64,000 nucleotides of DNA from Candidatus Kapaibacterium sp. GTDB taxonomy: Bacteria > Bacteroidota > Ignavibacteria > Kapaibacteriales > UBA2268. The stretch's first letter is position 1, and each line of letters opens with the position of its first letter. Location of the stretch: contig OY762428.1 of assembly GCA_963665665.1 (NCBI GenBank), forward strand, positions 4,640,001 to 4,704,000. The letters run 5' to 3'. Under the pieces are notes generated by a model. It had not been told where the DNA came from and did no database searches. It saw only the letters and a list, made by a program, of their open reading frames with translations. Positions 8,879 to 19,752 of this stretch are shown one piece after another. The translations under genes and the position numbers were made by a program.

Positions 8879-11731
8879 TTACAAATTAATTGTTTTCTGT
8901 GCCATATCTTCAAATGTGCCATCATGAGTTACAATAATTGCCTGTTCAAGATTAGCCAGAATATCCTTCAGCGATTCTGATAATGTTACCCTTCTTTCAA
9001 TATCAAGATTTACAGTTGGTTCGTCGAAAATTGCGAAATTGGCGCGAGTCATCATGGATGCCATAGCTGCCCTGATTGATAAGGCTGCCATGACCTGTTC
9101 GCCGCCTGAAAGCTGCTCGAAAGATCTCATTTCCTCATTGCTGTTGCCTGTACATAAGTAAACCATATAAGATTTACCATTATTGTTTATCCAACGGATA
9201 TATTCAGGCCTTGCACTGATTCTCCTGAAATTCTCTGTTGCTTTTATTTCAATTTCCTTCATCATCCCGGCAGCTACATTTTTTCCCATTGATTGCAGAT
9301 TCTTCCTGAAAACAGATGTTAGTTCTTTTTTTCTAATTAAAAAACCGGAATCGCTTTTGTAATTCCTGATTTTTTCTTTTAACTCGTTGTTTAGTTTGAT
9401 TTTTTGTTTAATTTGTTCAAGGTCTTTTTGGGACGAAGCTAATAGGCTGATTAATTTTTCTTTATTATCTTCAAGTGTTTTTTTCTTTTCGCCGGCAGTC
9501 ACTAATTCATTTTCGTCAAAAGAATTTTCAAGAAGTTTTTTTTCTTTTACGAGATTTTCCATATCCATATTATTGTTTTCAATTTCGATAGATATTTTTT
9601 TACACTCATTCAGGTGTTCATCATATCTTAATGCTTTATCCCTGTTTCCAATATACAAGTCATAGGACGGTTTCAACTTCTTTATTTTATTCGTTAATTT
9701 ATTGAATTTTGCCTCGGTAGCAGGTAATTTTGCCAGATCTTCATGAAAAAATTCTAATGTTTCCCTGTCTTTTTGTATTTCAATATTGATTCTGCTCAAT
9801 AATTTTAATGATTTATCTTTTGCATTCAAAGAATCTATGCAACTGTTATTAATATTATTTTGTTCGATTATCAGTGTGTCTGATTTTTCATCAATAAATT
9901 TTATCCGATTTTCCGATTCTATTTTACTATTATTATATTCTTCGCTGACAATATCAAGTTGACTAATAATTTCAGAGGGATTATTTTGAGTTATTGATGG
10001 ATATTTAGCCCTGAGTTTAATAATTTCATTATCAATATCATTCTGAAGAATTGAAATATTTTTATTTGATAATTCAAGTTCTTTGTCAACAATTTCAATT
10101 TCATGTAATATTTCATTCGTTTTTTTTATATCATTCCTTATTAATTCTAATTTGCTGATAGATTCCTGTTTCTTATTGCTTATCCCGTCAAATAATTTCA
10201 GCTCTTTATCAATTTTATATAATTCTGACTGCAGAGAAATTTCTCTATGGTTGAAATAGTTATCAGTACTTCCACCATCTTTAATATTCAGGCATTCTTC
10301 TTTCAAAAAAGGGCATATACCTGTTGATAATTTCTTTGCTGATCTTTTTAGTTCACTTATCTTAGCGGAAATGATATTTCTGTTTTCTTTAAGTTTATCT
10401 CTTTCAATAATTTTCTTTTCTGTCAGCTCAATTTCTTTACCGAGCTCTTTAATTTTCTTTTCTGCATCTTCAATATCAATTAGAGAATTGCTCAGGGTTT
10501 CTTTCTTATCTTTCAGCCTGTCCTGAGAAATTTTCTCATCATTTGAGGACTTTGAATAAGCAGTAAAATTATTCGAAAAAGATTTTGTGATGTTAATTTC
10601 CTGTTTTAATAATTTAAGTTTTTCATTTACTGAGCCTTTTTCGTCATTTAGCTCTTTTAAGAGTTTCTCTGTTTCAGCCAACCTGTTATTGTTTTCGGTG
10701 ATTTTTTCTTCCAGGTTGCTGATCCTGTTGTTTTCAACATTTATTTTTGAATTAAATTCAATAATTTCTTTTTCAATTCTGTTTTTTTCTTCGTTTAATT
10801 TTCTAAGATGTTCAAGTTTTTTTCCAACATTTTCTGCTTCTTTTTCAATAGATTTATACTTATTATAACTATCCTTGTTTTTGTCAATGATTTCAAGTGA
10901 TCTTGCAGAAGCAGATTTTTCATTTTCTTCCTTTTTTAGAGCTTCTTTTCTTTCAATAATTAGATTTTCCAGCGACGTAATTTCCTGATTGTTTTTTTCC
11001 AATTCTGCTTTGATCCTGGTCATTTCTTTAATGAATTTATTTAATTCAGAAATGCCGGAAATTACTGCATCTTTTTCATTCACAAGGTTATCTATGGTTT
11101 CCTTTAGCTTTTTCTTATTTTCTTTTAATTCCTGCATGTCAGAGATCAGAGGTGTGAGTTCATCAATTTTACTCGTTACTTTTGCTATTTCCACTTCATA
11201 TTTTTTTCCTGCTTCTTTTGCAAAGCCGGACCATATTTTTCCATATATTTCAGTATCAAAAATTTTGTTGAATAATCCTGAACGGCTGGCATTAGTTCCG
11301 AGAAATATTTCAGTGATCTTATTTTGCGAAGCAGATATCAGGTTGTCATAAATATTTTTAGCATTATTCTCTATGCCGGATAACTCAATAGTTTTTTTCA
11401 ATGCATCTTCTCCTTCAAGAAATAATCCCGAGGAATCTGATCTGCGTAATTGCCTTCTTGAGCTGCCGCCAATTCTTATTTCGGAAATATAATCATAACC
11501 ATCATTTGCAGTGAAGTTTACAATTATTGTCCCTGAACTGTTACCATTTCGGACAGCGTCGCTTTTGGTGCCGCGTAAACCTGTATCAAAGAGTGCCAGG
11601 CCAATGGCTTCAAGCACTGACGATTTTCCGGCTCCGTTCGATCCAAGAAGAAGATTAATGCCTTTATCAAATTGTATTGACCTGTCTTCATGGCTGCGAT
11701 AATTTTTAAGTTTCACACTGTTAATTTTCAT
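8879..11731 (-). CDS. sbcC: SbcC/Rad50 SMC-family ATPase
   Basis: Walker A GSNGAGKSS, long coiled coil, LSGGE signature, FDEPT Walker B, VTHD. Start placed at ATG 11731 after a GGAGG RBS. Confidence 0.92.
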   Translation of the reverse strand: MKINSVKLKNYRSHEDRSIQFDKGINLLLGSNGAGKSSVLEAIGLALFDTGLRGTKSDAVRNGNSSGTIIVNFTANDGYDYISEIRIGGSSRRQLRRSDSSGLFLEGEDALKKTIELSGIENNAKNIYDNLISASQNKITEIFLGTNASRSGLFNKIFDTEIYGKIWSGFAKEAGKKYEVEIAKVTSKIDELTPLISDMQELKENKKKLKETIDNLVNEKDAVISGISELNKFIKEMTRIKAELEKNNQEITSLENLIIERKEALKKEENEKSASARSLEIIDKNKDSYNKYKSIEKEAENVGKKLEHLRKLNEEKNRIEKEIIEFNSKINVENNRISNLEEKITENNNRLAETEKLLKELNDEKGSVNEKLKLLKQEINITKSFSNNFTAYSKSSNDEKISQDRLKDKKETLSNSLIDIEDAEKKIKELGKEIELTEKKIIERDKLKENRNIISAKISELKRSAKKLSTGICPFLKEECLNIKDGGSTDNYFNHREISLQSELYKIDKELKLFDGISNKKQESISKLELIRNDIKKTNEILHEIEIVDKELELSNKNISILQNDIDNEIIKLRAKYPSITQNNPSEIISQLDIVSEEYNNSKIESENRIKFIDEKSDTLIIEQNNINNSCIDSLNAKDKSLKLLSRINIEIQKDRETLEFFHEDLAKLPATEAKFNKLTNKIKKLKPSYDLYIGNRDKALRYDEHLNECKKISIEIENNNMDMENLVKEKKLLENSFDENELVTAGEKKKTLEDNKEKLISLLASSQKDLEQIKQKIKLNNELKEKIRNYKSDSGFLIRKKELTSVFRKNLQSMGKNVAAGMMKEIEIKATENFRRISARPEYIRWINNNGKSYMVYLCTGNSNEEMRSFEQLSGGEQVMAALSIRAAMASMMTRANFAIFDEPTVNLDIERRVTLSESLKDILANLEQAIIVTHDGTFEDMAQKTINL

Positions 11732-12929
11732 TTTTACCTCCATCCAGAATTTTGTCAAGCATTGAGTCGAAGGCATCGAGAAAATCATCTTCCATATTCT
11801 CTGCCTGATATTGCTTTAGCTTAGGGAATACTTCGAAAATATCACCGGAAAATTTTCCTAACTCATCCCATGAAGATATGATTTTCATTTCTATTTCCTC
11901 GATAGTCATCCTTGAAGTATTTTTATCCGCAGAACTGCTGCTGATATCTGATATTCTGACAATTGCTTTCAGTGCCCCAAAGGATTGGATCAAATCTTCT
12001 ATCTCACGAATATCAGGTATCAGGTCTGCTTTGTTCATAATATTACATACAACAATATCCTCATCCTGCTCAATGTCAATTTCGTCCAGTTTTTCCGAAG
12101 CCAATTCATTCAGGCTTTCTATATCTCCGGAATCAAAAACTATTTCAAAGCTGTGTATCTTTCTTTTTTGTGATTGGTGAAATTCAGTATCGAAATTATC
12201 AGTTTCGATTATCCAGAAGCCCTTTTCCTGTTTGTATTCACCATAATCCCAATATTCCGGTGATCCGGATATAAAGAAAAACGGAGATGATTTTGGATAG
12301 GCATTTCGTGAATGGAAGTGTCCTCCGGCAATGTAATCAACTTTTCCTGCAAGCCTGTCAACGGTTTCTTTTTCAATTGTTCCGGGCAGGTAATTATCAC
12401 TGGCAATAGCAGTGTGAACCATTAAAATAACTTTATTATTTTTGTCGTTTTTTGTGCTGATAAAATCGTCGAATTTTATTAACGCTTCACTGCACATCCC
12501 GCCGGGATATCCAAGGCCATAAATATCAACTTCACCGATATTTATTGGTTTAAATACAGGTTCGCCTTCAATATAATCTGTTTTTGGCCTTAGCAGAAGA
12601 CTTTTGTTCTCTAAGTAATTTATCCACGATTCATTCTCTCTTCCGGGTATTATATTGTCATGGTTACCTTCAATGGCAAAGCATTTGATATTATTATCTT
12701 TCAATTTGTTTAGCAGTATTTCCGTTCGCTCAAGTACTTCCGGCTGTAGTTCCTTTCTGTCGAACAGATCCCCTGCAATTAATATGATTTCAATATTATT
12801 ATTAATAGCATAATCAATAATATATTCGAATGCCGTAAAATAATCGTTATATCTTTTTTTTGAAATATCTCCGCTGACACCAGCAGGACGCCTGCCAAGA
12901 TGAATATCCGAACAATGTAATATTTTCAT
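11721..12929 (-). CDS. sbcD: SbcD/Mre11 metallophosphoesterase nuclease
   Basis: SDIHLG, AGDLFD, GNHD and GHFH motifs; overlaps sbcC start. Start placed at MKILHCSD. Confidence 0.92.
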   Translation of the reverse strand: MKILHCSDIHLGRRPAGVSGDISKKRYNDYFTAFEYIIDYAINNNIEIILIAGDLFDRKELQPEVLERTEILLNKLKDNNIKCFAIEGNHDNIIPGRENESWINYLENKSLLLRPKTDYIEGEPVFKPINIGEVDIYGLGYPGGMCSEALIKFDDFISTKNDKNNKVILMVHTAIASDNYLPGTIEKETVDRLAGKVDYIAGGHFHSRNAYPKSSPFFFISGSPEYWDYGEYKQEKGFWIIETDNFDTEFHQSQKRKIHSFEIVFDSGDIESLNELASEKLDEIDIEQDEDIVVCNIMNKADLIPDIREIEDLIQSFGALKAIVRISDISSSSADKNTSRMTIEEIEMKIISSWDELGKFSGDIFEVFPKLKQYQAENMEDDFLDAFDSMLDKILDGGKNEN

Positions 12930-13114
12930 GAAAACCCGTGCTTTGTTATTCTCAAGATGCTTTATGCAAAAATAACAAAAATGATGCTGTTTAATACTCA
13001 AAATTATAGACTTCTTTTTCGTATATTTGGAACTTGCGGACAGGCAATTCACTTTCCTGTTCTGTTGTTTTTTTAGTAAAAAAAATGTTAAAAATATTCA
13101 GGTAACAATTCAGT

Positions 13115-14293
13115 ATGAATGACAGCCCGGAAAACAAGGATAAAATTATTGATAATTATGATGGTATTTATTTTGCTGCAATATTGTTCAAGCACAAATG
13201 GTTCATTATCATAACGGTCTTTGTTGTTACTGCCGCCTCGGTGATTATTTCGCTTAATTTAAAAAATGAGTTCAAATCAACAGTAAGTGTTGTTCCGCCC
13301 AAAAGTTCAGCCTCCATGCTTGAAAGTGCTATGGGAAATATTTCCTCAGCTCTGAAAGATTTTGGCCTATCAAAAATTGGCGGGGCCGGGGGAGGGGCAG
13401 GATATGACTTCCAGGTGATTCTTGACAGCCGTTCAATTCAGGACAGCCTGATCAAAGAATTTAACCTGATTCAGAGGTACGAGATTGATGATTCCCTGAT
13501 GCTATATGCCCGCGAGGAGTTGGGAGCGAACCTCGATATTACTTATGAAAAAGAAGGTAACTACACAATTAGCGTCTGGGATACCGATCCTGATACAGCA
13601 AGCATAATGGCTAATTATATTGTTGAACTGGCAAATCGTAAAGGGCTTGAGCTATTCAGGATGGAAGCGAAGGCTAACAGCGAATACCTGTCCGGTAGGA
13701 TGAGATATACTGATTCAATGATGACGATAAAAGCTGATTCCCTGGCAAGATTTTCAAGGGAAAACAGTGTTTATTATCCCGAAGAACAGGCTCGTGCTAT
13801 AAGTGGTGCTTTAGCAGACCTTAAAGCAAAAAAAGTTGAAAGTGAGATTTATTATGAATTATTCAAATCTAATTTTGGAGAGAATGATCCATACACTATG
13901 TTCCAGAAAAAGATTAACGAAGAACTTAAAGAGCAATTAAACGAAATTCAGGATAAACCAGGATTTGCCGGTAATTTCACCATATCGGAAGCTGCCGGGG
14001 TCGGAATTGAATATTTCAGGCTTTATGCAGAAGTAGAAACTTACGGAAAAATTAAGGCTCTTCTTACTCCAATGCTCGAAAAAGCAAAAATCGACGAAAC
14101 ACAAAACAGCATCTCGTTGTTTGTTGTTGATGAAGCTATTCCGGCAGATAAAAAAGACCGGCCCAAGCGTTCATTCATTGTTGCCGGGTCCTGTCTTGGA
14201 TCCTTTATCCTTGCTATAATGTTTGTTGTAATAAAATACTCTGTCAGGAATTTCAGGCTAAAGTATAAAGAATTTGAAAGCAAACTGGGTTAA
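13115..14293 (+). CDS. Wzz/GumC-type polysaccharide chain-length determinant
   Basis: N- and C-terminal TMs, periplasmic coiled coil, VVDEAIPADKKDRPKR motif. Confidence 0.85.
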   Translation: MNDSPENKDKIIDNYDGIYFAAILFKHKWFIIITVFVVTAASVIISLNLKNEFKSTVSVVPPKSSASMLESAMGNISSALKDFGLSKIGGAGGGAGYDFQVILDSRSIQDSLIKEFNLIQRYEIDDSLMLYAREELGANLDITYEKEGNYTISVWDTDPDTASIMANYIVELANRKGLELFRMEAKANSEYLSGRMRYTDSMMTIKADSLARFSRENSVYYPEEQARAISGALADLKAKKVESEIYYELFKSNFGENDPYTMFQKKINEELKEQLNEIQDKPGFAGNFTISEAAGVGIEYFRLYAEVETYGKIKALLTPMLEKAKIDETQNSISLFVVDEAIPADKKDRPKRSFIVAGSCLGSFILAIMFVVIKYSVRNFRLKYKEFESKLG

Positions 14294-14296
14294 AAT

Positions 14297-15751
14297 ATGC
14301 CGGCAAATGCATTCACTGCAATAATAGGCGCTCAGATTAAGGCGAACAGTCCTGTTGGAAAGATTGCTGCAGCTATAATGATAGCTGTTCTTGTCGGCTT
14401 GATTTTTGTTGCAACCGAAATTTCACTCGCCGGTTACGGAATTCTTGGAGCTATTGCAGTAATGCCGGTTATTGCTCTTGCATTATTTTATCCGCGTGTT
14501 TGGTTATATGGAGTGGCACTGCTCGGTATAGCATATTTCAGGGGGAGCAGCCAGGGAGTATCAGCTGTTGATGTGCTTAGCGGGCTTGTTCTTGCAGGTA
14601 GTTTGTTTGCATGGATAGTATGGCGGGTGGCAGTAAACAAAAAACGCCTGATCTATAATTCTATTGACTGGGTTTTACTGATATTGTTTTTACTTATTCC
14701 ATTTAATTTGATAATTGCTTTGCTAAACGGGGTAGAGCTTCTTGACTGGCTTCGGGAATATATTCGGTTTTCCATGGTTCTTTTCTATTTTCCTGTAAGA
14801 GAGTACTTCCGGGAAAAGAAATATCTGCTCAGGTTTTTAATAATTTATGCTTTTGTTGTTTTGGCTCTGGATTTTTTTCAGTTTTATGCTTACTACAAGG
14901 CCGCATTTTCGAATCTTGTATATGCATATCAGCTCGGTAGTTCTGTAAGGATTAACCAGGTAATATTTACAACTGCTTCGATGTTTGGGATTGTTTTTGC
15001 ACTGTATGCCCCAAAAAGATGGCTTAGACTAACACTGATAGTTTTTTCCGCTCTTACCTTTTCAGCTTTGTTAGTATCTTTTTCCAGGGCTTTCTGGCTT
15101 ATTTTTATGGCAGAATTTATTCTTCTATTCTTTTATATTTCATACCAACAAAAGAAAAGGTATCTTCTTACTTCTTTTGTAATATCAGTTATATTAACTG
15201 CTTCAGCTTTTGTATTGTTCGGTGATAAAGTAGTTTTTGTTTATAAATTGGTAGAAAAGCGGTTAACATCATCTACAAAAGGAACTAAGGATATTTCTCT
15301 TCAATCCAGATTGAACGAGTGGGAAAAAGCTATATTCCACATAGCTGAAAATCCTCTTGGCGGAAATGGTTTTGCGAAGGAATTTCAATTTTATAACCCG
15401 ATAACGCAATCAACAAAACACACAAATTTTATTCATAACGCATATATATTCCTTACTTACCGTTTGGGAATTCCTATGGCTCTTTGCTTTTTTGCAGTAA
15501 TGCTCTATTTTCTGTTTATTGGCGAACAAATATCAAGGAAATCTCCAGACGATTTTTTTAAAAAAGTTGCAATTGGCGGAACTGCCGGTGTTTTGACTAT
15601 ATTGTCAACATCGTTCATAACATCAAATATTTTCGAGAGAGACGGTAGTTTTACAATTGCTATTTCTTTGGCCTGCATAGCAATAGCCAGGGATTATCTG
15701 CGTGATAATAAAATATTTGCATTAAAGGATAAAAAACTATATAATAAATGA
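14297..15751 (+). CDS. O-antigen ligase / Wzy-C family membrane protein
   Basis: Polytopic; SFSRAFW, SLQSR..EW, NPLGGNG and HNAY...GI motifs. Confidence 0.85.
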   Translation: MPANAFTAIIGAQIKANSPVGKIAAAIMIAVLVGLIFVATEISLAGYGILGAIAVMPVIALALFYPRVWLYGVALLGIAYFRGSSQGVSAVDVLSGLVLAGSLFAWIVWRVAVNKKRLIYNSIDWVLLILFLLIPFNLIIALLNGVELLDWLREYIRFSMVLFYFPVREYFREKKYLLRFLIIYAFVVLALDFFQFYAYYKAAFSNLVYAYQLGSSVRINQVIFTTASMFGIVFALYAPKRWLRLTLIVFSALTFSALLVSFSRAFWLIFMAEFILLFFYISYQQKKRYLLTSFVISVILTASAFVLFGDKVVFVYKLVEKRLTSSTKGTKDISLQSRLNEWEKAIFHIAENPLGGNGFAKEFQFYNPITQSTKHTNFIHNAYIFLTYRLGIPMALCFFAVMLYFLFIGEQISRKSPDDFFKKVAIGGTAGVLTILSTSFITSNIFERDGSFTIAISLACIAIARDYLRDNKIFALKDKKLYNK

Positions 15752-15763
15752 TAAAAATATTCT

Positions 15764-17737
15764 GTGAGGATACTAATGCCGGTTAAGCAGTCACTTGGCG
15801 GAAACCCGAAATTTGCTTCAAACTCCAGGGCCACTATATTTAAGGCCCTTATTATCGTAATATCATTGCTTTATACCGGCAGGCTGGCTATGTTGCAGAT
15901 AATTGAAGGAAATATATATCGTGAAGTAAGTGAAAACCAGGCAATAAAAAAAATATCAGTGGAGCCTTTCAGGGGTAATATGTACGACAGGAACGGCAAG
16001 TTAATTGTTCATAACGAGCCCTCATTCACAATCACACTTACCCCAAATGATTTTAAACTTGAATCTCTGCCATTGTTGCTTTCAATTATTCCTGCCGATA
16101 CACTCGAGATTATTTCAGCGCTTTCTTCCTTATATAATAATAAGCAATTTAACAGCCAGGTTTTGCCAACAATTAGCGAGATGCTCAATATTGGAAAAAG
16201 CAAAATAAGCAAACGTCCCAGGAATGTAGGGTTTTATTCCCGGTTTTCCCCGGTAAAAATATACAGGGATGCTCAATTTTCGGAAATATCAAAGATAGAG
16301 GAATTTAGCGATTTCCTGCCGGGGGTTGATATCCTTGTTGAATCAAAACGCCTTTATGAGTTTGATGGAAAAATGGCTCATATTATGGGATATACCAGGG
16401 AAATATCTCCTTCGGAACTGAAACGGAAATCCTATTACCGTCCCGGCGATTATATTGGCAAGCGTGGCCTGGAAAGAACTTATGAAGACCTTCTGCGTGG
16501 AAATCCCGGAGTTCAATTTGTTGCAGTCAACAGTGCCGGACAGAAAATATCTGTTTTCGACAAGGGAAAGAACGATGTTCCGGCGCAGAACGGGTTCGAT
16601 CTTTATTTAAGTATTGATGCACGCCTTCAGGAAGAAGCCGAAAAGCAATTAGAAGGAAAGGTTGGAGCCGTAGTAGCAATCGAGCCTGCAACAGGCGAGA
16701 TTATGGTATTAGCATCCAGCCCTGATTTCGATCCACGGGATTTTGCAGGAAAAATTCCCAGGGGGCTGTTTACTTCCTTGTATAGTAATCCCGATAAACC
16801 TATGTATAACAGGGCTGTTCAATCTTCCAACCCGCCGGGATCGACATGGAAAATGCTGATGGCGATAGCTGCCCTCCAGGAGGGATTAATTGATGAACAC
16901 ACAACATTTTACTGTGCCGGTGGTATGCATTACGGGGGAAGATTTCCAAAATGCCACGGGGCCCATGGAAATATTAGTGTCAGGCGGGCAATTCAAACCT
17001 CCTGCAATGTTTTTTTCTACAACCTCGGGTTGAAACTTGGTATGGAAAAATTCGAGAAGTATGGGAAAATGTTCGGATTTGGGCAGTTAAGCGGGCTTGA
17101 CCTTCCCGGTGAAAACAAAGGCTTGCTTCCAACAATGAAATGGTTGAAAGATAATCCCCGGTCGGGAGGTTTCCAGAAAGGAAAACTGCTCAATTATGGT
17201 ATCGGCCAGGGGGAAATACTAACAACTCCGTTGCAGCTTGCGGCCTATACCGCCACGATTGCAAACGAAGGTACTTATAATCAGCCGCATTTGGTTAAAT
17301 CAATGAGAAATCTAATTACAAATAAAATTGAACCAATAGAATATCAGTCCAGGGAATTACCAATTGAGAAAAAAATATTTCAAATTGTAAAAAAAGGCAT
17401 GTACGACGTTGTGAATATTCCTGGCGGAACAGCTGCTTCGGCACGTATCCCCGGAAAGGATGTTTGCGGCAAAACCGGCACAGCGCAGAACCCCGGGGTG
17501 GATCATGCCTGGTTTGTAGCTTTTGCTCCTTTGGAAGCGCCGGAAATAGCAATTTGCGTATTTATTGAAAATGCCGGATTTGGTGGTACACACGCCGCAC
17601 CCGTAGCCAAAAAAGTATTTGAAAAATTCTTTTTTCCTGATTCCGTTAAAAAGCCTGTTATGCCTGATACTACAGATTTTGAGCAACTTTTACGCCAGGA
17701 TACTGTTATAAATGATGATATGACTATATTGAATTAA
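15764..17737 (+). CDS. mrdA: Penicillin-binding protein 2 (class B transpeptidase)
   Basis: RGNMYDRNG, HIMGY, GKRGLE..YE, PGSTWK (SxxK), SCN (SxN), KTGTAQ, HAWFVAFAP. Confidence 0.9.
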   Translation: MRILMPVKQSLGGNPKFASNSRATIFKALIIVISLLYTGRLAMLQIIEGNIYREVSENQAIKKISVEPFRGNMYDRNGKLIVHNEPSFTITLTPNDFKLESLPLLLSIIPADTLEIISALSSLYNNKQFNSQVLPTISEMLNIGKSKISKRPRNVGFYSRFSPVKIYRDAQFSEISKIEEFSDFLPGVDILVESKRLYEFDGKMAHIMGYTREISPSELKRKSYYRPGDYIGKRGLERTYEDLLRGNPGVQFVAVNSAGQKISVFDKGKNDVPAQNGFDLYLSIDARLQEEAEKQLEGKVGAVVAIEPATGEIMVLASSPDFDPRDFAGKIPRGLFTSLYSNPDKPMYNRAVQSSNPPGSTWKMLMAIAALQEGLIDEHTTFYCAGGMHYGGRFPKCHGAHGNISVRRAIQTSCNVFFYNLGLKLGMEKFEKYGKMFGFGQLSGLDLPGENKGLLPTMKWLKDNPRSGGFQKGKLLNYGIGQGEILTTPLQLAAYTATIANEGTYNQPHLVKSMRNLITNKIEPIEYQSRELPIEKKIFQIVKKGMYDVVNIPGGTAASARIPGKDVCGKTGTAQNPGVDHAWFVAFAPLEAPEIAICVFIENAGFGGTHAAPVAKKVFEKFFFPDSVKKPVMPDTTDFEQLLRQDTVINDDMTILN

Positions 17738-17754
17738 TTTTAAATGGAAATGAT

Positions 17755-19722
17755 ATGAAAAACTTTGCCCTGCTGACTACTGCAATATTTATTCTGATCT
17801 CATGTGCTTATTCCGGTTTTGCCCTTAGTTTGTCTCAGCCGGAAAGCATTGTTTATGATGATTCCCGTGGTGTTTACTATATTTCAAACGTTGGCACGCA
17901 TGGTATGGAAGACGGAAAAATTATAATTATGGAATCCGACGGAAGCCTTGAACTGATGAATACGGAGAGGTTTTATGATCCAAAGGGAATGACAATATAT
18001 AATGACTACCTGTTCGTCGTGGATTTGAACGAAATTATTATAATTGATCTTTCGACAGGTAAATCGGTTGATCGTATTACCGTTAACGAAGCCTATTTCA
18101 TGAACGATATTTGTTCAGACGGGAAGGGGAATCTATACATCACGGATACACAGCAGAGCATTGTTTTTAAGTTCGATACAAAAGCCGGAACAGTAGCAAA
18201 TTTTAATCCGAAGGGGCATATAGAAAGGCCAAATGGTATTTATTTTCATGAAGGTTACCTCTATCTTGTTTCCTACAGGGATAATTCACCTGTTCAAAAG
18301 ATCAATACTGAAACCAGAGATGTTGAAACCGTCGCTGCCACAAGCATATCCAATCTTGACGGAATAACCCGCGACCGGCAGGGTAATTTTTATATATCAT
18401 CATGGGACGACGGGCTTGGAGGTTCAGGTAAGATATATCGCTTTAATAGTGATTTTTCCAGTGGCCCGGAAGAAATTGCTTCAGGGCTGACACAGCCTGC
18501 TGATATTTATTTCAATTTCAGGAATGATACTCTCTGTGTTCCGAATATGTCGATAAGCAGGATTGATTATTTTGGTTTTCCATATATGCCGGATACACCG
18601 GTACTTAAATTACCTGAAAACAATAGCGTGGGATTAGGAACAAGCATCGTTTTCAGATGGAACTGGTCCAACGGCGCTTACAGGTATTTCCTGCAAATAT
18701 CCGAAAAAAATGATTTTTCGGAATTGTTTACTGAAGATACACTTGATTATCTTACTTACAGGCAGGTTGAAGGGCTTGAACCGGGAAAGCAATATTACTG
18801 GCGTGTTTATACTTGCAACCTGATTGATAAAACTCCCTGGAGTGAGACATGGACATTCACTACTGCCGAAGAATCAATTGATGCACCGGATCTGATCAGC
18901 CCGGAAAACGGTTTAACAAATGTTGCACGTAAACCTGAATTTATCTGGAGCAGGGTGGAGTGCGAGCAGTTCAGAATGCAACTGTCAGTTGATCCGGAGT
19001 TTAATGATGCTGAAAATATTGTTCAAAATGATACGATTTTCGTTCCTGAAAATGATCTTGAAGCTTCAACCGAATATTTCTGGAGGGTCAGATCGGAAAA
19101 TGACGGACAGGATGGGCCCTGGTCAACAGTTTTTTCATTTACAACAGAAACAAACCTGCCGGGAAAACCTGTTCTTTTAAAACCGGAAAACAGCTCTACA
19201 AATCTTGAACCGGCAGATATTGTGTTTGAGTGGAATATTGCTGAAAATGCAATTGCATACAGGTTGATAGCTTCTCATGGAATTGAAATGGAGGAATTAA
19301 TTCTGGATACACTTTTTGATAATGCTGATGCTGTTTCCTATACACTAAAATACCCTGAAGAAATGGCTTACTACTATTGGCAGGTGGGCGCTGTGAATGA
19401 GGACGATGTTACTGAATGGTCGGATGTTTGGGTGTTTACAACAACAATGGGTGGGGCTGTTGATGATAATTTTGCAGGGGAAATACAATTAAAAATCAGC
19501 CCGAATCCTGCAAATGAATATCTTGTTATTGAATATGACAATACAACAGCATCGTCATTGATGCTTACTGTTGCTGATGTGAATGGAAATGTTATAAAGG
19601 TAGTTGACAGGATTATTTCCAATAAAACCAAAATTGATATAAGAGATATACAAGCGGGATTCTATAATATTATTATCGAATACAGGAACAGGTCTACTGC
19701 ATTGAAATTGATTAAAGAATAG
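17755..19722 (+). CDS. Secreted SMP-30/gluconolactonase-like beta-propeller + 3 FN3-like repeats + T9SS C-terminal domain
   Basis: Signal peptide, PESI/PKGM/NDI/PNGI/DGI blades, three P.L..PEN...YYWRV...WS..W.FTT repeats, ISPNPA...GFY..I...KLIKE tail. Confidence 0.8.
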   Translation: MKNFALLTTAIFILISCAYSGFALSLSQPESIVYDDSRGVYYISNVGTHGMEDGKIIIMESDGSLELMNTERFYDPKGMTIYNDYLFVVDLNEIIIIDLSTGKSVDRITVNEAYFMNDICSDGKGNLYITDTQQSIVFKFDTKAGTVANFNPKGHIERPNGIYFHEGYLYLVSYRDNSPVQKINTETRDVETVAATSISNLDGITRDRQGNFYISSWDDGLGGSGKIYRFNSDFSSGPEEIASGLTQPADIYFNFRNDTLCVPNMSISRIDYFGFPYMPDTPVLKLPENNSVGLGTSIVFRWNWSNGAYRYFLQISEKNDFSELFTEDTLDYLTYRQVEGLEPGKQYYWRVYTCNLIDKTPWSETWTFTTAEESIDAPDLISPENGLTNVARKPEFIWSRVECEQFRMQLSVDPEFNDAENIVQNDTIFVPENDLEASTEYFWRVRSENDGQDGPWSTVFSFTTETNLPGKPVLLKPENSSTNLEPADIVFEWNIAENAIAYRLIASHGIEMEELILDTLFDNADAVSYTLKYPEEMAYYYWQVGAVNEDDVTEWSDVWVFTTTMGGAVDDNFAGEIQLKISPNPANEYLVIEYDNTTASSLMLTVADVNGNVIKVVDRIISNKTKIDIRDIQAGFYNIIIEYRNRSTALKLIKE

Positions 19723-19752
19723 GGGACTGGTGATTTAACATCATAGCCTCTT

